From a virus: a stretch of DNA of 35,880 nt. The stretch lies in UHGV virus genome UHGV-0165226. One strand, written 5' to 3'. The notes under the pieces are model-generated. The model had not been told where the DNA came from and searched no databases. It saw only the letters and a program-made list of their open reading frames with translations. Shown piece after piece: positions 16,446 through 25,640 of the stretch (positions are counted from its first letter, which is position 1; the number at the start of each line of letters is the position of its first letter). A program made the position numbers and the translations under genes.

Positions 16446-17279
16446 ATGACAGTGAAAGCAAAGCGTTTTCGCATCGGGGTGGAAGGTGCCACCACCGACG
16501 GACGCGAAATCCAGCGTGAATGGCTGGAACAGATGGCAGCCAGCTACAACCCGGCGGTGTATACCGCGCTGATTAACCTTGAGCACATCAAGTCTTATCT
16601 GCCGGACAGCACCTTTAACCGCTACGGCAAGGTGACTGCGCTGTTTGCTGAAGAAATCACGGAAGGTCCGCTGGCAGGCAAGATGGCGCTGTATGCCGAC
16701 GTTGAGCCAACGGAGTCCCTGGTGGAACTGGTGAAAAAAGGCCAGAAATTATTCACCTCTATGGAAGTCAGCCCGAAGTTCGCTGATACGGGCAAAGCCT
16801 ACCTGGTCGGCCTGGCTGCCACTGATGACCCTGCCAGTCTGGGCACTGAAATGCTGACATTCAGCGCCAGTGCAGCCCATAACCCGCTGGCAAACCGCAA
16901 GCAGAATCCCGCCAATCTTTTTACCGCTGCAGAGGAAACGGTGATCGAACTGGAAGAAATCCAGGATGACAAACCGTCCCTGTTTGCCCGTGTCACGGCG
17001 CTGTTCACCAAAAAAGAGCAGTCCGATGACGCCCGGTTCTCTGATGTGCATAAGGCCGTGGAACTGGTCGCCACTGAGCAGCAGAACCTGAGTGCGCGCA
17101 CCGAAAAATCCCTGTCTGAGCAGGAAGAACGCCTGTCTGAGCTGGAGACTGCCCTGCAGGCACAGCAGACCGCCTTTAACGAACTGGTGGACAAGCTGAG
17201 CCATGAAGACAGCCGCCAGGACTACCGCCAGCGTGCAACAGGCGGTAACGCCCCCGCTGACACTCTGACCAATTGCTGA
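16446..17279 (+). CDS. O: Capsid scaffolding protein (P2 gpO)
   Basis: 277 aa; FRIGVEGATTDGREI...YLVGLAATDDPASLGTE matches my recollection of P2 gpO. Confidence 0.92.
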   Translation: MTVKAKRFRIGVEGATTDGREIQREWLEQMAASYNPAVYTALINLEHIKSYLPDSTFNRYGKVTALFAEEITEGPLAGKMALYADVEPTESLVELVKKGQKLFTSMEVSPKFADTGKAYLVGLAATDDPASLGTEMLTFSASAAHNPLANRKQNPANLFTAAEETVIELEEIQDDKPSLFARVTALFTKKEQSDDARFSDVHKAVELVATEQQNLSARTEKSLSEQEERLSELETALQAQQTAFNELVDKLSHEDSRQDYRQRATGGNAPADTLTNC

Positions 17280-17295
17280 TGGAGCACAAAACCTG

Positions 17296-18354
17296 ATGAA
17301 GAAGAATACCCGCTTTGCTTTTAACGCTTACCTGCAGCAACTGGCGCGTCTGAACGGTGTGGCCGTTGAAGAACTGTCCAGCAAGTTCACTGTAGAGCCG
17401 TCTGTGCAGCAGACGCTGGAAGATCAGATCCAGCAGTCCGCCGCATTCCTGACGCTGATTAACGTCACGCCAGTGACTGAGCAGTCTGGTCAGTTGCTGG
17501 GGCTGGGGGTTGGCAGCACCATTGCCGGAACCACTGATACCACAGCTAAAGAGCGTGAGCCTGTCGATCCGACGCTGATGGTCGATGTGGAATATAAATG
17601 CGAGCAGACTAACTTTGACACGGTGCTGACCTACGCGAAGCTGGACCTGTGGGCGAAGTTTCAGGATTTCCAGGTGCGTATCCGTGACGCCATCGTAAAA
17701 CGTCAGGCACTGGACCGCATCATGATCGGCTTTAACGGCGTGAAGCGTGCGAAAACCTCCAACCGTAGCGAAAACCCGCTGCTGCAGGATGTGAACAAAG
17801 GCTGGCTGCAGAAAATCCGTGAAGATGCACCGGATCACGTCATGGGCAGCACCACCACGGGCGGTGAAACCACACCGGGTGCGGTGAAAGTCGGTAAAGG
17901 TGGCGAATATGCCAACCTGGACGCCGTGGTGATGGATGCCGTCAATGAGCTTATCGACGTGGTCTACCAGGACGATGACGAGCTGGTGGTGATTTGCGGT
18001 CGTGAGCTGCTATCTGACAAGTATTTCCCGCTGGTCAACAAAGAGCAGGAAAACAGTGAAAAACTGGCTGCCGATATGATCATCAGCCAGAAACGCATGG
18101 GTGGCCTGCAGGCCGTGCGTGCGCCGTTCTTCCCGCCGAATGCGCTGCTGATCACCCGTCTGGATAACCTGTCCATCTACTGGCAGGAAGACACTCGCCG
18201 CCGTTCAGTTATCGACAACCCGAAACGTGACCGGATTGAAAACTTTGAATCCGTTAACGAAGCCTATGTGGTTGAGGACTACCGCTGCGCCGCACTGGTG
18301 GAAAACATCCAGATTGGCGACTTCAGCACCGCCGCAGCAGAAACCGGAGCGTAA
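17296..18354 (+). CDS. N: Major capsid protein (P2 gpN)
   Basis: 352 aa; close match to remembered P2 gpN (TRFAFNAYL...KFTVEPSVQQTL...SEKLAADMIISQKRMGGLQAVR). Confidence 0.93.
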   Translation: MKKNTRFAFNAYLQQLARLNGVAVEELSSKFTVEPSVQQTLEDQIQQSAAFLTLINVTPVTEQSGQLLGLGVGSTIAGTTDTTAKEREPVDPTLMVDVEYKCEQTNFDTVLTYAKLDLWAKFQDFQVRIRDAIVKRQALDRIMIGFNGVKRAKTSNRSENPLLQDVNKGWLQKIREDAPDHVMGSTTTGGETTPGAVKVGKGGEYANLDAVVMDAVNELIDVVYQDDDELVVICGRELLSDKYFPLVNKEQENSEKLAADMIISQKRMGGLQAVRAPFFPPNALLITRLDNLSIYWQEDTRRRSVIDNPKRDRIENFESVNEAYVVEDYRCAALVENIQIGDFSTAAAETGA

Positions 18355-18357
18355 TCC

Positions 18358-19008
18358 ATGAGCCTGAGTCCCGCACGGCAGCATCGCCTGCGCGTTCAGG
18401 CTGAACAGGCCGCCCGCGAGGGCGGCAGTGTTCGCCACGCGTCGGGCTATGACCTGATGCTGCTGCAACTGGCGGAAGACCGTCGCCGTCTCAAGGGCGT
18501 TCAGTCCACGGTCAAAAAAGCGGAAATCAAGGTGGAGCTGCTGCCGAAATACGTCGCCTGGGCAGAGGGTGTCCTGGCTGCCGGAGGCGCTCAACAGGAT
18601 GACGTGCTGATGTACGTGATGCTGTGGCGCATTGATGCCGGAGATTATGCCGGGGCGCTGGAGATCGGGCGTCATGCCCTGCGTCATGGTTGGGTGATGC
18701 CGCTGGGTAATCGCAATGTGCAGACCGTGCTGGCAGAGGAAATGGCAGACGCGGCGCAGAGCGCAATGCTTGCCGCCACCGGCTTTGATGCCGATCTGTT
18801 GCTGCAGACGCTGGAGCTGACAGACGGTCTGGATATGCCGGACCAGTCACGGGCTCGTCTGCATAAAGCGATTGGCGCTGTCCTGAGTGAAAGCAACCCG
18901 GCTTCCGCCCTTAATCATCTCAACCATGCGTTACAGCTCGATCCCCGCTGTGGCGTGAAAAAAGACAAACAGCAGCTGGAGCGCCGACTGCGCAATGACA
19001 GCCGCTGA
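18358..19008 (+). CDS. M: Terminase small/endonuclease subunit (P2 gpM)
   Basis: 216 aa, immediately downstream of N as in P2. Confidence 0.85.
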   Translation: MSLSPARQHRLRVQAEQAAREGGSVRHASGYDLMLLQLAEDRRRLKGVQSTVKKAEIKVELLPKYVAWAEGVLAAGGAQQDDVLMYVMLWRIDAGDYAGALEIGRHALRHGWVMPLGNRNVQTVLAEEMADAAQSAMLAATGFDADLLLQTLELTDGLDMPDQSRARLHKAIGAVLSESNPASALNHLNHALQLDPRCGVKKDKQQLERRLRNDSR

Positions 19009-19103
19009 CAGAACGTGCCCCCGCGCACGGGCGGCACGGGGTGGCGAAAGGCACTGCCACATCAAAACCCCGTCCACCGCCCTCTATTTCAGGAGAAAGC
19101 AGC

Positions 19104-19568
19104 ATGAAGTTTGTTGCGCCAGAACAGGCACCGGAACAGGCGGAAATCATCAGAAACACGCCGTTCTGGCCTGATGTGGACCTGTCGGAGTTTCGCAGTG
19201 TCATGCGCACTGACGGCACGGTGACGCAGCCGCGTTTAAAGCAGGTTGCGCTGTCGGCAATTTCGGAGGTCAACGCAGAGCTGTATGAGTTTCGCAGACG
19301 CCAGCAGATGCTGGGATATGCCTCGCTGGCAGAGGTTCCGGCGGAACAGCTGGACGGCAAAAGTGAGCGCATTCAGCACTATTTCAACGCGGTTTACTGC
19401 TGGGCACGCGCCATGCTCAACGAACGTTACCAGGACTATGACGCCACGGCATCCGGTGTGAAGCGGGGCGAGGAACTGGCGGAAGCCAGCGGTGATTTAT
19501 GGCGTGACGCCCGCTGGGCCATCAGCCGGGTACAGGACGCGCCGCACTGCACAGTGGAGCTTATCTGA
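19104..19568 (+). CDS. L: Head completion/stabilisation protein (P2 gpL)
   Basis: ATG at 19104 with AGGAG at 19091..19095; the track ORF extends to a GTG at 19041. Position between M and X. Confidence 0.8.
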   Translation: MKFVAPEQAPEQAEIIRNTPFWPDVDLSEFRSVMRTDGTVTQPRLKQVALSAISEVNAELYEFRRRQQMLGYASLAEVPAEQLDGKSERIQHYFNAVYCWARAMLNERYQDYDATASGVKRGEELAEASGDLWRDARWAISRVQDAPHCTVELI

Positions 19569-19771
19569 TGAAAGTGCGTGCGCATCAGTATGACACGGTG
19601 GACGCGCTTTGCTGGCGTCATTACGGGCGCACGCAGGGTGTCACGGAGCAGGTACTGAAGGCAAATCCGGGGCTTGCCGAATATGGCCCCTTTTTACCTC
19701 ACGGGCTGCAGGTGGAGCTGCCGGACATTCCGACAACCACCACCGTGCAGACCGTCCAGCTATGGGACTGA
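19568..19771 (+). CDS. X: Tail protein X (P2 gpX, LysM-like)
   Basis: 67 aa, the same length as P2 gpX; ...RTQGVTEQVLKANPGLAEYGPFLPHG... resembles gpX. Confidence 0.85.
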   Translation: MKVRAHQYDTVDALCWRHYGRTQGVTEQVLKANPGLAEYGPFLPHGLQVELPDIPTTTTVQTVQLWD

Positions 19772-19774
19772 ATT

Positions 19775-19990
19775 ATGACGCTTGAGCGAATCAGCGCCTT
19801 TATCACGTATTGCATCGCCGTCGTGCTGGCCTGGCTGGGCGATTTGTCCATCAAGGATGCCTCAACGCTGGGCGGCCTGATGATCGGTGTGCTGATGCTG
19901 GCTATCAACTGGTACTACAAACACAAAGCCTACCAGCTTCTGCGCGACGGGCAGATCTCGCGGGAGGACTATGAATCCATCAATCGTTAA
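19775..19990 (+). CDS. Holin (two transmembrane segments, pinholin-like)
   Basis: 71 aa with two hydrophobic segments (ISAFITYCIAVVLAWLG; LGGLMIGVLMLAINWYY) and a charged C-terminus; overlaps the endolysin start. Confidence 0.7.
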   Translation: MTLERISAFITYCIAVVLAWLGDLSIKDASTLGGLMIGVLMLAINWYYKHKAYQLLRDGQISREDYESINR

Positions 19991-20483
19991 ACGCTGCCTT
20001 GTCGGGGCCGTGCTGGCTATTGCTGCCACGCTGCCGGGGTTTCAGCAGCTTCACACCTCCGTGGAGGGGCTGAAACTGATTGCCGATTACGAAGGCTGTC
20101 GTCTGCAGCCGTATCAGTGCAGCGCGGGTGTCTGGACCGACGGCATTGGTAATACGTCGGGCGTCATTCCCGGCAAAACTGTTACGGAACGACAGGCAGC
20201 AGAAGGGCTTATCTCCAACGTGCTGCGTGTGGAGCGGGCGCTGGAAAGGTGTGTGAAGCAACAGCCGCCACAAAAGGTGTATGACTCGGTGGTGTCGTTT
20301 GCCTTCAACGTGGGGACAGGCAATGCCTGCAGCTCCACGCTGGTGAAATTGCTCAATCAGCGGCGCTGGGCGGATGCGTGCCGACAGTTGCCGCGCTGGG
20401 TTTATGTAAAAGGTGTGTTTAATCAGGGGCTGGATAACCGCCGTGCGCGGGAGATGGCCTGGTGTTTACAGGGAGCAAACTGA
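19971..20483 (+). CDS. Endolysin, T4-lysozyme/P21 R-like, with a probable N-terminal SAR signal-anchor
   Basis: 170 aa; N-terminal Gly/Ala-rich hydrophobic stretch (CLVGAVLAIAATLPG), then a lysozyme core (EG...D...GVWTDGIGNT) resembling P21 R. Confidence 0.85.
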   Translation: MNPSIVKRCLVGAVLAIAATLPGFQQLHTSVEGLKLIADYEGCRLQPYQCSAGVWTDGIGNTSGVIPGKTVTERQAAEGLISNVLRVERALERCVKQQPPQKVYDSVVSFAFNVGTGNACSSTLVKLLNQRRWADACRQLPRWVYVKGVFNQGLDNRRAREMAWCLQGAN

Positions 20484-20484
20484 A

Positions 20485-20862
20485 ATGAAAAAGAAATTAA
20501 TCAGCGGACTGTTTCTGATGTTATGGATGGCGCTGTTAATCGCAGCAATGGTGTATCCGCAGGGGATCTTTCCGGTACTGGCAGCGTCCGGCGTTTGGGT
20601 AGCCTGTTTGCTGACATGGGCGGTAATTCCGGTAGCACTGGCTGCGTTAATTCAGAATGGCCCGCTCTGGCAGGAGTTAAGGGCATCTTTGCTGAAGACA
20701 ATTACCCGAAAAGAAAACGTATTTATCAGTTGGGTGATGCGATTGCTGATTGTTGTAAGTCTCGCATGGACGGGGTGGGCTATTACCCTGGTCTTTTATC
20801 TACTGACCGTTATTGCCTTCTGGATCACCCGTAATCAGATGGCGCAACAGGTAGCAGCATGA
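20485..20862 (+). CDS. lysA: LysA-like lysis accessory membrane protein
   Basis: ATG at 20485 with GGGAG upstream; about 125 aa, multiple hydrophobic helices; position as P2 lysA. Confidence 0.65.
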   Translation: MKKKLISGLFLMLWMALLIAAMVYPQGIFPVLAASGVWVACLLTWAVIPVALAALIQNGPLWQELRASLLKTITRKENVFISWVMRLLIVVSLAWTGWAITLVFYLLTVIAFWITRNQMAQQVAA

Positions 20863-21287
20863 ACCGGTTGCTGCTGGTTGTGCTGGCGTTATTACTGGCG
20901 GCGCTGGGCTGGCAGACGTGGCGGCTGGCTGATGCCAGCCAGACCATCAGCACGCAGGCAAACGAGCTGCAGAGCAAAAGCCAGGCACTGGCAAAGAGCA
21001 ACAGCCAGCTTATCAGCCTGTCCATTCTGACTGAAACCAATAACCGGGAGCAGGCGCGGCTCTATGCCGAAGCAGAACAGACCAGCGCACAGCTGAGACA
21101 ACGACAACGCCGGATTGAGGAACTGAAACGTGAGAACGAGGATTTACGCCACTGGGCTGATACTCCTTTGCCTGCTGACATTATCCGGCTGCGGGAACGT
21201 CCGGCACTCACCGGAGGTGCAGCTTACCGTCAGTGGTTGTCCGCGAGTGACGCCGTGTCGGCTGGAGCAGGCAGCACCGCGCACTAA
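20859..21287 (+). CDS. lysB: LysB (Rz-like inner-membrane spanin)
   Basis: 142 aa; N-terminal TM (LLLVVLALLLAALGW), then coiled coil; P2 LysB is about 141 aa. Confidence 0.75.
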   Translation: MNRLLLVVLALLLAALGWQTWRLADASQTISTQANELQSKSQALAKSNSQLISLSILTETNNREQARLYAEAEQTSAQLRQRQRRIEELKRENEDLRHWADTPLPADIIRLRERPALTGGAAYRQWLSASDAVSAGAGSTAH

Positions 21288-21420
21288 CGGTGATCTGAAT
21301 GCGTTGCTGGATGAAACGGAGGCCGCCTGGGCGGTCTGTGCAGACAAAGTGGACATGATTATTGCGTGTCAGGAGCGAAACAGTGAACAAACCACAATCC
21401 CTGCGCCACGCCCTCAATAA
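21130..21420 (+). CDS. lysC: LysC (Rz1-like outer-membrane lipoprotein spanin), overlapping lysB in another frame
   Basis: 96 aa, the same as P2 LysC; lipobox LTLSGC after a hydrophobic signal; GTG start at 21130. Starts inside lysB and ends inside R. Confidence 0.65.
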   Translation: MRTRIYATGLILLCLLTLSGCGNVRHSPEVQLTVSGCPRVTPCRLEQAAPRTNGDLNALLDETEAAWAVCADKVDMIIACQERNSEQTTIPAPRPQ

Positions 21421-21814
21421 AGCGGTGCCTTATGTCCGCAATAACCCGGACAAACTGCATCTGTTTGTGGATAACGGTTCGCTGGTTGCCACGGGGGCCA
21501 GCTCCATGTCATGGGAGTACCGCTATACCCTGAACGTGGTGATAGAGGATTTCAGCGGCGACCAGAATCTGCTGATGGCCCCGGTTTTACTGTGGCTTCG
21601 GGATAACCAGCCCGATGCCATCAATAACCCGGCGTTACGGGAAAAGCTATTCACCTTTGATGTGGATATTTTGCGCAACGATGTCTGTGATATCAGCCTT
21701 AATCTGCAACTGACGGAATGTGTGCTGGTCAGCACTGACGGCAGTGTGTCGAGCGTTGAAGCTGTAGCAGAACCCGATGAACCTGAAGAAATGTGGACGG
21801 TGAAACGTGGCTGA
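21383..21814 (+). CDS. R: Tail completion protein (P2 gpR)
   Basis: Resembles P2 gpR (SLRHAL...NPDKLHLFVDNGS...RYTLNVVIEDFSGD). Start uncertain: GTG at 21383 has AGGAG 7 nt upstream; the track start at 21362 is TTG without a clear SD. Confidence 0.8.
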   Translation: MNKPQSLRHALNKAVPYVRNNPDKLHLFVDNGSLVATGASSMSWEYRYTLNVVIEDFSGDQNLLMAPVLLWLRDNQPDAINNPALREKLFTFDVDILRNDVCDISLNLQLTECVLVSTDGSVSSVEAVAEPDEPEEMWTVKRG

Positions 21815-22256
21815 ACTGCAGAAGGTGGACGACTGGCTGAGTGCCTTGCTGGCGAATCTGGAACCAGCCACGAGAAGCCGCATGATGCGCCAGCTGGCGC
21901 AGGAACTGCGCCGGACACAGCAGCAGAATATCAGGATGCAGCGCAATCCAGATGGCAGCAGTTATGAACCGCGCAGGGTAACAGCACGCAGCAAGAAGGG
22001 GCGCATCAAACGTCAGATGTTTGCAAAGCTGCGCACGACAAAATACCTGAAAACTGCCGCCAGCGCCGACTCTGCCAGTGTACAGTTTGAAGGCAAGCTG
22101 CAGCGCATTGCCCGCGTTCACCATTACGGCCTGCGAGATCGCGTCAGTCGTAAGGGACCGGAGGTGCGTTATGCAGAGCGGCAGTTGTTAGGTTATAACG
22201 ATAAAATTTTGTCATTATCGCAAGACGTATTATTACGTGCTTTGGTTGATAGCTAA
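21807..22256 (+). CDS. S: Tail completion/virion morphogenesis protein (P2 gpS)
   Basis: 149 aa (P2 gpS is about 150), GTG start overlapping the R stop. Confidence 0.8.
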   Translation: MAELQKVDDWLSALLANLEPATRSRMMRQLAQELRRTQQQNIRMQRNPDGSSYEPRRVTARSKKGRIKRQMFAKLRTTKYLKTAASADSASVQFEGKLQRIARVHHYGLRDRVSRKGPEVRYAERQLLGYNDKILSLSQDVLLRALVDS

Positions 22257-22261
22257 GCTAA

Positions 22262-23131
22262 TCAAAACAATCTCAATAAATTATGATCAATCGTAAGCAA
22301 GTTGGAGATAACAAGTTTGTTATTATCAATATTGAATTTTTCTAATATTGCTGCTACAGCACTGGGGTAAGGTTGTGAAGCATATGGAGAAATGTATATT
22401 TTTTCGATTAGCTTTACAGGATCTGTTTTTATTCTTATCCCTTTGGGAGTATAGTTTTCGATGTCGCTATTAATAATTTTTGGTGTTATGGATAAACGTA
22501 CTTCATTTTCATGTGAAAAAGCTTTTCGTTTTAAAAAAGGAACCATTCTTCCGTTCACGACGCAATCTTCAGATGTTAGTTTTTCATCGAAATAATCAAT
22601 GTATTTTACTTCACTAATAGAGATAATCTCTTCAGATTGAAGTGAATCTATCAAGCGTGATATTGATGTTTGAATTGCTATTCCTTTGTTAGCATCTGAA
22701 TACAAACGCCACATTCCTTCTGACTCATGTTCATTTTGATGCCAACAATTCACTGTGACGGAGTTTAAAATCTTAAAATAGATAGATTCTATTTTTGGTA
22801 ATTGTGTATCCATCATTGTTTGCAACTTGGTGATTTCTGTTTCGGCTTTTTCATTAGAGATTCTGCCTAATAGTTCGTTTTCCCTGATACGCTCTACGGT
22901 ATCATTGAAATATGATTGTATATCATTAAACTTACTTTTGACGATGCTTGCCCACGCATTTAAGGCAACCTTAGGTAATAACCCCTCATATGGATCGCTA
23001 TTGCTGTAAGAACTAAGAGGAGAAAAATATAGCTCTTCTCTGGATAATATATCGATGAATTTATCAAGAGACATATAGCGCCACAGTTTTGTTTCAGGTT
23101 TTAAATTTGGACTAATTTGGAATTTATTCAT
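22262..23131 (-). CDS. Cargo protein with DUF2971-like N-terminal region, at the P2 orf30 site between S and V
   Basis: 289 aa on the strand opposite to the late operons; very AT-rich. N-terminus KLWRYMSLDKFIDILSREELYFSPLSSYSNSDPYEG resembles the DUF2971 signature as I remember it. Confidence 0.7.
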   Translation of the reverse strand: MNKFQISPNLKPETKLWRYMSLDKFIDILSREELYFSPLSSYSNSDPYEGLLPKVALNAWASIVKSKFNDIQSYFNDTVERIRENELLGRISNEKAETEITKLQTMMDTQLPKIESIYFKILNSVTVNCWHQNEHESEGMWRLYSDANKGIAIQTSISRLIDSLQSEEIISISEVKYIDYFDEKLTSEDCVVNGRMVPFLKRKAFSHENEVRLSITPKIINSDIENYTPKGIRIKTDPVKLIEKIYISPYASQPYPSAVAAILEKFNIDNNKLVISNLLTIDHNLLRLF

Positions 23132-23147
23132 TGTTTTTTATCAGCAT

Positions 23148-23165
23148 TGTATAGTGAGTGATACA
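23148..23165 (+). promoter_or_regulatory. Ogr/Delta-type late promoter element (TGT-N12-ACA) upstream of V
   Basis: TGTATAGTGAGTGATACA with CATAAT (23185..23190) downstream; V starts at 23213. Confidence 0.45.
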
Positions 23166-23212
23166 AACCGCAATATTTATACTTCATAATCACCCCATGT
23201 CAATCTATAGGC

Positions 23213-23791
23213 ATGAACTCACAACTCACAGAAATCATGCGCCTTATCACCAATCTGATCCGCATAGGTGTAGTCACCGAAGTGGACCGGGAAAACTGGC
23301 TTTGTCGGGTGAAAACGGGCGACCTTGAAACCAACTGGATTAACTGGCTGACGCTGCGCGCGGGTAATGCCCGCACATGGTGGCGACCATCGGAAGGTGA
23401 GCAGGTGGTGCTGCTGAGTCTGGGCGGCAATCTGGAAACCGCCTTTGCGTTACCCGCCATCTATTCGAATCAGTTCGCGCCACCGTCGACGTCGGCGGAC
23501 GCCTGCGTGATAGAACATCCTGACGGTGGCTGGTTTGAATACGAACCCGCCACCGGGCGCTGGTATGTCAGGGGCATCAAATCAATGGTCATTGAGGCCG
23601 CTGACAACATCACCATGAAAACCAGTGAGTTTGTACTGGAGGCTGACCGCACGCGTATTAACAGCGAAGTGGTGATCAATGGTGGCGTTACCCAGGGCGG
23701 CGGTGCGATGAGTTCTAACGGGATTGTGGTTGATGCGCATCAGCATACTGGCGTCCTGAAAGGCGGCGATACAACCGGAGGCCCGGTATGA
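23213..23791 (+). CDS. V: Baseplate spike/assembly protein (P2 gpV)
   Basis: 192 aa; resembles P2 gpV (ELETNWINWLTLRAG...WWRPSEGEQVVLL). Confidence 0.9.
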   Translation: MNSQLTEIMRLITNLIRIGVVTEVDRENWLCRVKTGDLETNWINWLTLRAGNARTWWRPSEGEQVVLLSLGGNLETAFALPAIYSNQFAPPSTSADACVIEHPDGGWFEYEPATGRWYVRGIKSMVIEAADNITMKTSEFVLEADRTRINSEVVINGGVTQGGGAMSSNGIVVDAHQHTGVLKGGDTTGGPV

Positions 23792-24147
23792 CGCTTTATA
23801 GCGGGATGAACAATACCAGCGGCAAAGTCATTACTGATATTGATCATCTGCGCCAGTCGGTGCGGGACATTCTGCTGACACCGCAGGGTAGCCGCATTGC
23901 CCGCCGGGAATATGGTTCCCTCCTGTCGGTTTTAATAGATCAGCCACAAAATCCGGCATTACGCCTGCAGGTCATGTCGGCAGTGTATGTGGCGCTGAGT
24001 CGCTGGGAGCCACGGCTGACGCTGGATTCCATCACTATCAACAGCAACTTTGACGGTTCTATGGTGGTGGAGCTGACCGGGCGGCGGAATAACGGTGTGC
24101 CTGTGTCCCTTTCCGTATCAACAGGAGCAGAGAATGGCAGTGATTGA
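23788..24147 (+). CDS. W: Baseplate protein (P2 gpW, gp25-like)
   Basis: 119 aa (P2 gpW is about 115); translationally coupled to V and J. Confidence 0.9.
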   Translation: MTLYSGMNNTSGKVITDIDHLRQSVRDILLTPQGSRIARREYGSLLSVLIDQPQNPALRLQVMSAVYVALSRWEPRLTLDSITINSNFDGSMVVELTGRRNNGVPVSLSVSTGAENGSD

Positions 24148-25042
24148 CCTTTCGCAGTTGCCTGCACCGCAGATTGTGGATGTGCCGGACTTTGAGACGC
24201 TGCTTGCCGAACGCAAAGCAGAATTTGTGGCGCTTCATCCGAAAGATGAGCAGGAAGCCGTGATCCGCACGCTGGAACTGGAATCTGAACCCGTCACTAA
24301 ATTGTTGCAGGAGAACGCTTACCGTGAGTTGCTTCTGCGCCAGCGCATTAACGAAGCCGCGCAGGCGGTGATGGTGGCTTACGCGATGGGCGGCGATCTT
24401 GACCAGCTCGCTGCTAACTACAACGTGACACGCCTGACGGTGACGCCTGCTGATAATGATGCTGTGCCGCCCGTTGCAGCTGTGATGGAAAGCGATGAAG
24501 CGTTACGCCTGCGTGTGCCTGCAGCCTTTGAGGGGCTTTCAGTTGCGGGACCAACTGCCGCTTATGAATTTCATGCCCGAAGCGCCGACGGTCGGGTGGC
24601 GGATGCCAGTGCAACCAGTCCGGCACCTGCAGAGGTGGTGCTGACAGTCCTTAGCCGCGAAGGAGACGGAACAGCAGAAAAAGACCTGCTGGATGTGGTG
24701 GAGAAAGCACTGAACAGTGAGAATGTCCGCCCGGTGGCTGACCGTCTGACGGTTCGCAGCGCGGAAATCATCCCGTACCGCGTGGAAGCCACCATTTTTC
24801 TCTATCCGGGACCGGAAGCAGAGCCGGTAATGGCAGCGGCAAAAGCCAGCCTGCAGAGGTACATTGCCAGTCAGACGCGTCTTGGTCGGGATATTCGCCG
24901 TAGCGCCATCTTTGCCGCCCTGCATGTTGAGGGTGTGCAGCGTGTGGAGCTGGCTTCTCCTCTGGCGGATGTGGTCCTGAACAAAACACAGGCGGCATCA
25001 TGTACGCAGTGGAGCGTGACCAACGGAGGAACGGATGAATAG
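24134..25042 (+). CDS. J: Baseplate protein J (P2 gpJ)
   Basis: ATG at 24134 with AGGAG at 24123..24127; 302 aa; close match to remembered P2 gpJ (IDLSQLPAP...LESEP..KLLQENAYREL). Confidence 0.92.
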   Translation: MAVIDLSQLPAPQIVDVPDFETLLAERKAEFVALHPKDEQEAVIRTLELESEPVTKLLQENAYRELLLRQRINEAAQAVMVAYAMGGDLDQLAANYNVTRLTVTPADNDAVPPVAAVMESDEALRLRVPAAFEGLSVAGPTAAYEFHARSADGRVADASATSPAPAEVVLTVLSREGDGTAEKDLLDVVEKALNSENVRPVADRLTVRSAEIIPYRVEATIFLYPGPEAEPVMAAAKASLQRYIASQTRLGRDIRRSAIFAALHVEGVQRVELASPLADVVLNKTQAASCTQWSVTNGGTDE

Positions 25043-25640
25043 TCTGCTGCCACCGGGTTCAACTTCACTGGAGCGACGACTGGCGCAAACCTGCAGCGGG
25101 ATTTCTGATCTGCAGGTGCCGCTGCGTGACTTGTGGAATCCGGCAACCTGTCCGGTCAGTTTCCTGCCTTATCTCGCCTGGGCGTTCTCTGTGGATCGCT
25201 GGGACGAGGGCTGGACAGAAAGCGTCAAGCGCCAGGTGGTGAAGGATGCTTTTTATATTCATCAGCATAAAGGGACCACCAGTGCCGTGCGGCGGGTGGT
25301 GGAGCCGTTCGGCTTTCTGATCCGCATTATTGAGTGGTGGCAGACCGGAGAGGCACCGGGCACGTTTCGCCTGGATATCGGCGTGCAGGACCAGGGCATC
25401 ACTGAAGATACCTATCTGGAACTTGAGCGACTGATAAGCGATGCCAAACCATGTAGCCGTCACATGATCGGCATGTCCATCAATCTGCAGACCAGCGGCC
25501 CGCATTGGGTGGGAGCCGCCAGCTATATTGGCGAAGAAATCACGATCTATCCGTATATCAACGAAACAATTATTTCCGGTGGCACCGCGCATGAAGGCGG
25601 GGCGGTCCATGTTATTGACACAATGAGAGTGAATCCATGA
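25035..25640 (+). CDS. I: Baseplate/tail protein I (P2 gpI)
   Basis: 201 aa; resembles P2 gpI (LLPPGS..LER...LRDLW.P.TCP...[15 protein letters not shown]). Confidence 0.9.
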   Translation: MNSLLPPGSTSLERRLAQTCSGISDLQVPLRDLWNPATCPVSFLPYLAWAFSVDRWDEGWTESVKRQVVKDAFYIHQHKGTTSAVRRVVEPFGFLIRIIEWWQTGEAPGTFRLDIGVQDQGITEDTYLELERLISDAKPCSRHMIGMSINLQTSGPHWVGAASYIGEEITIYPYINETIISGGTAHEGGAVHVIDTMRVNP

